DNA of 64,000 nucleotides, taken from assembly GCF_964355755.1 (NCBI RefSeq), contig NC_092679.1, positions 8,772,201-8,836,200 on the forward strand. Direction: 5' to 3'. Numbering within the stretch: the stretch's first letter is position 1; each line of letters opens with the position of its first letter. Positions 54,101 through 64,000 of this stretch are shown piece by piece. The notes under the pieces are model-generated. The model did no database searches, was not told the origin of the DNA, and saw only the letters and a list, made by a program, of their open reading frames with translations. Both the position numbers and the translations under genes were made by a program. This stretch comes from Antedon mediterranea. Its lineage: Eukaryota > Animalia > Echinodermata.

Positions 54101-57091
54101 ACAAGTTTTTCGAAATGCTCAAAATGGTCTAAAACGTCTCCAAATGCGATTTGAAGCTATTCTAAGCACTTTGGTGTTTTTATGTTAACAAGTTTTTTCG
54201 AAAATCACAAAATGGTCTAAAACGTCTCCAAATGCGATTTGAAGCTATTCTGTACACTTTGATGTTTTTATGTTAACAAGTTTTTTCGAAAATCACAAAA
54301 TGGTCTAAAACGTTTCCAAATGCGATTTGAAGCTATTCTGTACACTTTGATGTTTTGTGTGAAAATTTTCTGTCGAAATGCTCAAAATGGTCAAAAACGT
54401 TTTTAAATACGATATTAAGCTACTTTGTGCTCTTTGATGTTTTTGTGTGAAATGTTTTATCGAAATGCTCAAAATGGTCTAAAACGGTTTCTAATGTGAT
54501 TTCAAGCACTTTGATGTTTTTATGTTAACAAGTTTTTTCGAAAATCACAAAATGGTCTAAAACGTTTCCAAATGCGATTTGAAGCTTTTCTGTACACTTT
54601 GATGTTTTGTGTGAAAATTTTCTGTCGAAATGCTCAAAATGGTCAAAAACGTTTTTAAATACGATATTAAGCTACTTTGTGCTCTTTGATGTTTTTGTGT
54701 GAAATGTTTTATCGAAATGCTCAAAATGGTCTAAAACGGTTTCTAATGTGATTTCAAGCACTTTGATGTTTTTGTGTAACCAAGTTTTTCGAAAATCACA
54801 AAATTGTCTAAAACGTCTCCAAATGCGATTTGAAGCTATTCTGTACACTTTGATGTTTTTATGTTAACAAGTATTTTAGAAAATCACAAAATGGTCTATA
54901 ATGTCTCTAAATGCGATTTGAAGCTATTCTAAGCACTTTGGTGTTTTTATGTTAACAAGTTTTTTCGAAAATCACAAAATGGTCTAAAACGTCTCCAAAT
55001 GCGATTTGAAGCTATTTTAAGCACTTTGGTGTTTTTGTGTTAACAAGTTTTTCGAAATGCTCAAAATGGTCTAAAACGTATCCAAATGCGATTTGAAGCT
55101 ATTCTAAGCACTTTGGTGTTTTTATGTTAACAAGTTTTTTCGAAAATCACAAAATGGTCTAAAACGTCTCCAAATGCGATTTGAAGCTATTCTGTACACT
55201 TTGATGTTTTTATGTTAACAAGTTTTTTCGAAAATCACAAAATGGTCTAAAACGTTTCCAAATGCGATTTGAAGCTATTCTGTACACTTTGATGTTTTGT
55301 GTGAAAATTTTCTGTCGAAATGCTCAAAATGGTCAAAAACGTTTTTAAATACGATATTAAGCTACTTTGTGCTCTTTGATGTTTTTGTGTGAAATGTTTT
55401 ATCGAAATGCTCAAAATGGTCTAAAACGGTTTCTAATGTGATTTCAAGCACTTTGATGTTTTTGTGTAACCAAGTTTTTCGAAAATCACAAAATTGTCTA
55501 AAACGTCTCCAAATGCGATTTGAAGCTATTCTGTACACTTTGATGTTTTTATGTTAACAAGTTTTTCGAAAATCACAAAATGGTCTAAAACGTCTCCAAA
55601 TGCGATTTTAAGCTATTCTAAGCACTTTGGTGTTTTTATGTTAACAAGTTTTTTTGAAAATCACAAAATGTTCTAAAACGTCTCTAAATGCGATTTGAAG
55701 CTTTTCTGTACACTTTGATGTTTTTATGTTAACAACTTTTTTCGAAAATCACAAAATGGTCTAAAATGTCTCCAAATGCGATTTGAAGCTATTCTAAGCA
55801 CTTTGGTGTTTTTATGGAAACAATTTTTTTCGAAAATCACAAAATGGTCTAAAACGTCTACATTAGCGATTTGAAGCTTTTCTGTACACTTTGGTGTTTT
55901 TATGTTAACAAGTTTTTTCGAAAATCACAAAATGGTCTAAAACGTCTCCAAATGCGATTTGAAGCTATTTTAAGCACTTTGGTGTTTTTATCTTAACAAG
56001 TTTTTTCGAAAATCACAAAATGGTCTAAAACGTCTCCAAATGCGATTTGAAGCTATTCTAAGCACTTTGGTGTTTTTATGTTAACAAGTTTTTTCAAAAA
56101 TCACAAAACGGTCTAAAACGTCTCCAAATGCGATTTGAAGCTATTCTGTACACTTTGATGTTTTTATGTTAACAAGTTTTTTCAAAAATCACAAAATGGT
56201 CTAAAACGTTTCCAAATGCGATTTGAAGCTATTCAAATAGCATTTGATGTTTTGTGTGAAAATTTTCTGTCGAAATGCTCAAAATGGTCAAAAACGTTTT
56301 TAAATACGATATTAAGCTACTTTGTGCTCTTTGATGTTTTTGTGTGAAAAGTTTTATCGAAATGCTCAAAATGGTCTAAAACGGTTGCTAATGTGATTTC
56401 AAGCACTTTGATGTTTTTGTGTAACCAAGTTTTTCGAAAATCACAAAATTGTCTAAAACGTCTCCAAATGCGATTTGAAGCTATTCTGTACACTTTGATG
56501 TTTTTATGTTAACAAGTTTTTCGAAAATCACAAAATGGTCTAAAACGTCTCCAAATGCGATTTGAAGCTAATCTTAGCACTTTGGTGTTTTTATGTTAAC
56601 AAGTTTTTTCGAAAATCACAAAATGGTCTAAAACGTCTCCAAATGCGATTTGAAGCTATTCTGTACACTTTGATGTTTTTATGTTAACAAGTTTTTTCGA
56701 AAATCAAAAATGGTCTAAAACGTCTACAAATGCGATTTGAAGCTATTCTAAGCACTTTTGTGTTTTTATGTTAACAAGTTTTTTCGAAAATCACAAAATG
56801 GTCTAAAACGTCTGCAAATGCGATTTGAAGCTATTCTTAGCACATTGGTGTTTTTATTTAAACAAATTTTTTCGAAACTCACAAAATGGTCTAAAACGTC
56901 TCCAAATGCGATTTGAAGCTATTTTAAGCACTTTGGTGTTTTTGTGTTAACAAGTTTTTCGAAATGCTCAAAATGGTCTAAAACGTTTTTAAACACGATA
57001 TTAAGCTATTTTGTGCTCTTTGATGTTTTTTTGTGAAAAGTTTTAGCGAAATGCTCAAAATGGTGTAAAACGATTTCTAATGTGATTTTAA
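48158..57091 (+). repeat. Satellite DNA array, segment 3
   Basis: Same monomer and orientation between insertion copies 2 and 3. Confidence 0.99.
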
Positions 57092-57716
57092 AGACCCCTT
57101 CCCTGCAATTTTGGACGTTTTTTGGAAAATAATACATATATATCACTTTAAAAACATTAAACCATGTCATTCTCTTCTTAAATGTACGTTTTATGGTAAA
57201 TTATGATAAAAAGTGAGAAACAATGCACTACCTAAGTAGCTCGCGGCGATCGACCTCTCGTGGACGGTCTTAGGCCTAGCCTAGCTAGGCTTAGTTTTGT
57301 AGGCCTAGCTGGTAAACATCGATAACGTACGAACATCGTACGCTAGCTATATACCTAGCCTGACGTTGTATAGTTGCTGCATTAATTGTCTTTCTATTTT
57401 TGCCAGACTCCGTTGATACAAATTGGGGAAAACCCGGTATTTTCGCTGAAAAGTTAGGAGTCTTCCATTTGTTTTGGCTTCACGATCGATCGAAAAGTGG
57501 GCGAATTACAGGTGAAAAACAAAAATATCAATCCGCGTGCAATGCATTTTGGGATTTATAGCGGGCCGCTATAATTATTAGAATCGATTTATTTTTCACA
57601 TTTTTAACCGTTTAAAGACGAAAAAAGTTATCGCAATATGACCATATAGTATTATTTTTACATTAAATATAGTTTGTGATCTTAAATTAGATCTAAAAAA
57701 CGTAGGGAATGGGGCT
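57092..57716. mobile_element. Same MITE, 625 bp; copy 3
   Basis: TTAA at 57088-57091 and 57717-57720; same termini and orientation; one CpG>TpG change (CCGCGTGC) and a small complex indel (CATTCTCTTCTTAA versus CATTCCTTGTCTTAA). Confidence 0.9.
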
Positions 57717-60700
57717 TTAAGCACTTTGATGTTTTTATGTTAACTAGTTTTTTCGAAAATCACAAAATGGTCTAAAACGTCTCCAAATGTAATTTGAAGC
57801 TATTCTAAGCACTTGGGTGTTTTTATGTTAACAGTTTTTTCGAAAATCACAAAATGGTCTAAAACGTTTCCAAATGCGATTTGAAGCTATTCTGTACACT
57901 TTGATGCTTTTATTGTAACAAGTTTTTTCAAAAATCACAAAATGGTCTAAAATGTCTCCAAATGCGATTTGAAGCTATTCTAAGCACTTTGGTGTTTTTA
58001 TGGAAACAATTTTTTTCGAAAATCACAAAATGGTCTAAAACGTCTCCAATAGCGATTTGAAGCTTTTCTGTACACTTTGGTGTTTTTATGTTAACAAGTT
58101 TTTTCGAAAATCACAAAATGGTCTAAAACGTTTCCAAATGCGATTTGAAGCTATTCTGTACACTTTGATGCTTTTATGGTAACAAGTTTTTTAGAAAATC
58201 ACAAAATGGTCTAAAACATCTCCAAATGCGATTTAAAGCTATTTTAAGCACTTTTGTGTTTTTGTGTAACCAAGTTTTTTCGAAAATCACAAAAGGGTAA
58301 AAAATGTCTCTAAATGCGATTTGAAGCTACTCTAAGCACTTTGGTGTTTTTATGTTAACAAGTTTTTTCGAAAATCACAAAATGGTCTAAAATGTCTCCA
58401 AATGCGATTTGAAGCTATTCTGTACACTTTGCTGTTTTGTGTGAAAAATGTTTGTCGAAATCCTCAAAATGGTCAAAAACGTTTTTAAATACGATATTAA
58501 GCTATTTTTTGCTCTTTGATGTTTTTGTGTGAAAAGTTTTATCGAAATACTCAAAATGGTCTAAAACGGTTTCTAATGTGATTTTAAGCACTTTGATGTT
58601 TTTGTGTAACCAAGTTTTTTCGAAAATCACAAAATGGTCTAAAATGTCTCCAAATGCGATTTGAAGCTATTCTAAGCACTTTGGTGTTTTTATGAAAACA
58701 ATTTTTTTCGAAAATCACAAAATGGTCTAAAACGTCTCCAATAGCAATTTGAAGCTTTTCTGTACACTTTGGTGTTTTTATGTTAACAAGTTTTTTCGAA
58801 AATCACAAAATGGTCTAAAACGTCTCCAAATGCGATTTGAAGCTATTCTGTACACTTTGATGTTTTTATGTTCACAAGTTTTTTATAAAATCACAAAATG
58901 GTATAAAACGTCTCCAAATGCGATTTGAAGCTATTCTGTACACTTTGATGTTTTTATGTTAACAAGTTTTTTCGAAAATCACAAAAGGGTCTAAAATGTC
59001 TCGAAATGCGATTTGAAGCTATTCTAAGCACTTTGGTGTTTTTATGTTAACAAGTTTTTTCGAAAATCACAAAATGGTCTAAAACGTCTCCAAATGCGAT
59101 TTGAAGCTATTCTAAGCACTTTGGTGTTTTTATGTTAACAAGTTTTTTCGAAAATCACAAAATGGTCTAAAACGTCTCCAAATGCGATTTGAAGCTGTTT
59201 TAAGCACTTTGGTGCTTTTGTGTAACCAAGTTTTTTCGAAAATCACGAAATGGTCTAAAACGTCTCCAAATGCGATTTGAAGCTATTCTAAGCACTTTGG
59301 TGTTTTTACGTTAACAAGTTTTTTCGAAAATCACAAAATGGTCTAAAACGTCTCCAAATGCGATTTGAAGCTATTCTGTACACTTTGATGTTTTTATGTT
59401 AAAAAGTTTTTTCGAAAATCACAAAATGGTCTAAAACATCTACAAATGCGATTTGAAGCTATTCTGTACACTTTGATGTTTTTATGTTAACAAGTTTTTT
59501 CGAAAATCACAAAATGGTCTAAAACGTTTCCAAATGCGATTTGAAGCTATTTTAAGCACTTTTGTGTTTTTGTGTAACCAAGTTTTTTCGAAAATCACAA
59601 AAGGGTCTAAAATTTCTGTAAATGCGATTTGAAGCTATTTAAAGCACTTTGGTGTTTTTAGGTTAACAAGTTTTTTCGAAAATCACAAAATGGTCTAAAA
59701 CGTCTACAAATGCGATTTGAAGCTATTCTAAGCACTTTTGTGTTTTTATGTTAACAAGTTTTTTCGAGAATCACAAAATGGTCTAAAACGTCTCCAAATG
59801 CGATTTGAAGCTATTTTAAGCACTTTGGTGTTTTTGTGTTAACAAGTTTTTCGAAATGCTCAAAATGGTCTAAAACGTCTCCAAATGCGATTTGAAGCTA
59901 TTCTAAGCACTTTGGTGTTTTTATGTTAACAAGTTTTTTCGAGAATCACAAAATGGTCTAAAACGTCTCCAAATGCGATTTGAAGCTATTTTAAGCACTT
60001 TGGTGTTTTTGTGTTAACAAGTTTTTCGAAAATCACAAAATGGTGTAAAACGTCTCCAAATGCGATTTGAAGCTATTCTAAGCACTTTGGTGTTTTTATG
60101 TTAACAAGTTTTTTCGAAAATCACAAAATGGTGTAAAACTTCTCCAAATACGATTTTAAGCTATTCTAAGCAATTTGGTGTTTTTATGTTAACAAGTTTT
60201 TTCGAAAATCACAAAATGGTCTAAAACGTCTCCAAATGCGATTTGAAGTTATTCTGTACACTTTGTTGTTTTGTGAGAATAATTTTTGTCGAAATGCTCA
60301 AAATGGTCAAAAACGTTTTTAAATACGATATTAAGCTATTTTGTGCTCTTTGATGTTTTTGTGTGAAAAGTTTTATCGAAATGCTCAAAATGGTCTAAAA
60401 CGGTTTCTAATGTGATTTTAAGCACTTTGATGTTTTTATGTTAACAACTTTTTTAGAAAATTACAAAATGGTGTAAAACGTCTCCAAATGCAATTTGAAG
60501 CTATTCTAAGCAATTTGGTGTTTTTATGTTAACAAGTTTTTTCGAAATTCACAAAATGGTCTAAAACGTCTCCAAATGCGATTTGAAGCTATTCTAAGCT
60601 CTTTTGTGTTTTTATGTTAACAAGTTTTTTCGAAAATCACAAAAAGGTCTAAAATGTCTCCAAATGTGATTTGAAGCTATTTTAAGCACTTTGGTGTTTT

Positions 60701-63700
60701 TGTGTTAACAAGTTTTTCGAAAATCACAAAATTGTCTAAAACGTCTCCAAATGCGATTTGAAGCTATTCTGTACACTTTGATGTTTTTATGTTAACAAGT
60801 ATTTTAGAAAATCACAAAATGGTCTATAATGTCTCTAAATGCGATTTGAAGCTATTCTAAGCACTTTGGTGTTTTTATGTTAACAAGTTTTTTTCGAAAA
60901 TCACAAAATGGTCTAAAACGTCTCCAAATGCGATTTGAAGCTATTTTAAGCACTTTGGTGTTTTTGTGTTAACAAGTTTTTCGAAATGCTCAAAATGGTC
61001 TAAAACGTCTCCAAATGCGATTTGAAGCTATTCTAAGCACTTTGGTGTTTTTATGTTAACAAGTTTTTTCGAAAATCACAAAATGGTCTAAAACGTCTCC
61101 AAATGCGGTTTTAAGCTATTCTGTACACTTTGGTGTTTTTATGTTAACAAGTTTTTTTCGAAAATCACAAAATGGTCTAAAACGTCTCCAAATGCGATTT
61201 GAAGCTATTCTGTACACTTTGATGTTTTTATGTTAACAAGTTTTTTCGAAAATCACAAAATGGTCTAAAACGTCTACAAATGCGATTTGAAGCTATTCTA
61301 AGCACTTTTGTGTTTTTATGTTAACAAGTTTTTTCGAAAATCACAAAATGGTCTAAAACGTCTGCAAATGCGATTTGAAGCTATTCTTAGCACATTGGTG
61401 TTTTTATTTAAACAAATTTTTTCGAAACTCACAAAATGGTCTAAAACGTCTCCAAATGCGATTTGAAGCTATTTTAAGCACTTTGGTGTTTTTGTGTTAA
61501 CAAGTTTTTCTAAATGCTCAAAATGGTCTAAAACGTTTTTAAACACGATAATAAGCTATTTTGTGCTCTTTGATGTTTTTTTGTGAAAAGTTTTAGCGAA
61601 ATGCTCAAAATGGTCTAAAACGATTTCTAATGTGATTTTAAGCACTTTGATGTTTTTATGTTAACTAGTTTTTTCGAAAATCAAAAATGGTCTAAAACGT
61701 CTCCAAATGTGATTTGAAGCTATTCTAAGCACTTTGGTGTTTTTATGTTAACAGTTTTTTCGAAAATCACAAAATGGTCTAAAACGTTTCCAAATGCGAT
61801 TTGAAGCTATTCTGTACACTTTGATGTTTTTATGGTAACAAGTTTTTTAGAAAATCACAAAATGGTCTAAAACATCTCCAAATGCGATTTAAAGCTATTT
61901 TAAGCACTTTTGTGTTTTTGTGTAACCAAGTTTTTTCGAAAATCACAAAAGGGTCTAAAATGTCTCTAAATGCGATTTGAAGCTACTCTAAGCACTTTGG
62001 TGTTTTTATGTTAACAAGTTTTTTCGAAAATCAATAAATGGTCTGAAATTTCTCCAAATGCGATTTGAAGCTATTCTGTACACTTTACTGTTTTGTGTGA
62101 AAAATGTTTGTCGAAATCCTCAAAATGGTCAAAAACGTTTTTAAATACGATATTAAGCTATTTTGTGCTCTTTGATGTTTTTGTGTGAAAAGTTTTATCG
62201 AAATACTCAAAATGGTCTAAAACGGTTTCTAATGTGATTTTAAGCACTTTGATGTTTTTGTGTAACCAAGTTTTTTCGAAAATCACAAAATGGTCTAAAA
62301 TGTCTCCAAATGCGATTTGAAGCTATTCTAAGCACTTTGGTGTTTTTATGGAAACAATTTTTTTCGAAAATCACAAAATGGTCTAAAACGTCTCCAATAG
62401 CAATTTGAAGTTTTTCTGTACACTTTGGTGTTTTTATGTTAACAAGTTTTTTCGAAAATCACAAAATGGTCTAAAACGTCTCCCAATGCGATTTGAAGCT
62501 ATTCTGTACACTTTGATGTTTTTATGTTAACAAGTTTTTTATAAAATCACAAAATGGTCTAAAACGTCTCCAAATGCGATTTGAAGCTATTCTGTACACT
62601 TTGATGTTTTTATGTTAACAAGTTTTTTCGAAAATCACAAAATGGTCTAAAACGTCTCCAAATGCGATTTGAAGCTATTTTAAGCACTTTGGTGTTTTTG
62701 TGTTCACAAGTTTTTCGAAATGCTCAAAATGGTCTAAAACGTCTCCAAATGCGATTTGAAGCTATTCTAAGCACTTTGGTGTTTTTATGTTAACAAGTTT
62801 TTTCGAAAATCACAAAATGGTATAAAACGTCTCCAAATGCGATTTGAAGCTATTCTAAGCACTTTGGTGTTTTTATGTTAACAAGTTTTTTCGAAAATCA
62901 CAAAATGGTCTAAAACGTTTCCAAATGCGATTTGAAGCTATTCTGTACACTTTGATGTTTTGTGTGAAAATTTTCTTTCGAAATGCTCAAAATGGTCAAA
63001 AACGTTTTTAAATACGATATTAAGCTACTTTGTGCTCTTTGATGTTTTTGTGTGAAATGTTTTATCGAAATGCTCAAAATGGTCTAAAACGGTTTCTAAT
63101 GTGATTTCAAGCACTTTGATGTTTTTGTGTAACCAAGTTTTTCGAAAATCACAAAATTGTCTAAAACGTCTCCAAATGCGATTTGAAGCTATTCTGTACA
63201 CTTTGATGTTTTTATGTTAACAAGTTTTTCGAAAATCACAAAATGGTCTAAAACGTCTCCAAATGCGATTTTAAGCTATTCTAAGCACTTTGGTGTTTTT
63301 ATGTTAACAAGTTTTTTGGAAAATCACAAAATGGTCTAAAACGTCTCTAAATGCGATTTGAAGCTTTTCTGTACACTTTGATGTTTTTATGTTAACAACT
63401 TTTTTCGAAAATCACAAAATGGTCTAAAATGTCTCCAAATGCGATTTGAAGCTATTCTAAGCACTTTGGTGTTTTTATGGAAACAATTTTTTTCGAAAAT
63501 CACAAAATGGTCTAAAACGTCTCCAATAGCGATTTGAAGCTTTTCTGTACACTTTGGTGTTTTTATGTTAACAAGTTTTTTCGAAAATCACAAAATGGTC
63601 TAAAACGTCTCCAAATGCGATTTGAAGCTATTCTGTACACTTTGATGTTTTTATGTTAACTAGTTTTTTCGAAAATCACAAAATGGTCTAAAACGTCTAC

Positions 63701-64000
63701 AAATGCGATTTGAAGCTATTCTGTACACTTTGATGTTTTTATGTTAACAAGTTTTTTCGAAAATCACAAAATGGTCTAAAACGTTTCCAAATGCGATTTG
63801 AAGCTATTCTGTACACTTTGATGTTTTGTGTGAAAATTTTCTGTCGAAATGCTCAAAATGGTCAAAAACGTTTTTAAATACGATATTAAGCTACTTTGTG
63901 CTCTTTGATGTTTTTGTGTGAAATGTTTTATCGAAATGCTCAAAATGGTCTAAAACGGTTTCTAATGTGATTTCAAGCACTTTGATGTTTTTGTATAACC
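57717..64000 (+). repeat. Satellite DNA array, segment 4 (open at the window end)
   Basis: Same monomer and orientation to the last base. Confidence 0.99.

Noticed and set aside
34671-57720. Three independent, site-targeted insertions
   Set aside because: Identical site, orientation and private flanking SNPs are better explained by one insertion followed by duplication.
1-64000. CRISPR array
   Set aside because: There are no unique spacers, since the whole unit repeats, and no cas genes.
1-64000. T-run length variants (T5/T6/T7) as meaningful signals
   Set aside because: Some track with blocks, but single cases cannot be told apart from homopolymer slippage or sequencing error.
1-64000. 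Array inversion, telomeric repeats, or tRNA/rRNA genes
   Set aside because: None seen; all monomers read in one orientation.

Overview
This window is eukaryotic satellite DNA with no credible genes. About 97% of it is one head-to-tail, single-orientation tandem array of an AT-rich 88-bp monomer (~31% GC, roughly 720 monomers). Diverged 87-bp and 77-bp variant monomers always occur together as a 164-bp pair, and the array is built as an irregular patchwork of kb-scale duplicated blocks. The only non-satellite sequence is three near-identical copies of a 625-626 bp non-autonomous DNA transposon (34675-35300, 47532-48157, 57092-57716). It has imperfect terminal inverted repeats, AG...CT termini and a TTAA target-site duplication, the signature of a Kolobok/T2-type MITE. 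All three copies sit at the same base of the same monomer variant with the same flanking SNPs, so one insertion was copied passively by satellite turnover. All positions and counts were read by eye; no alignment or database search was run, and neither the organism nor a centromeric role can be established from this window.
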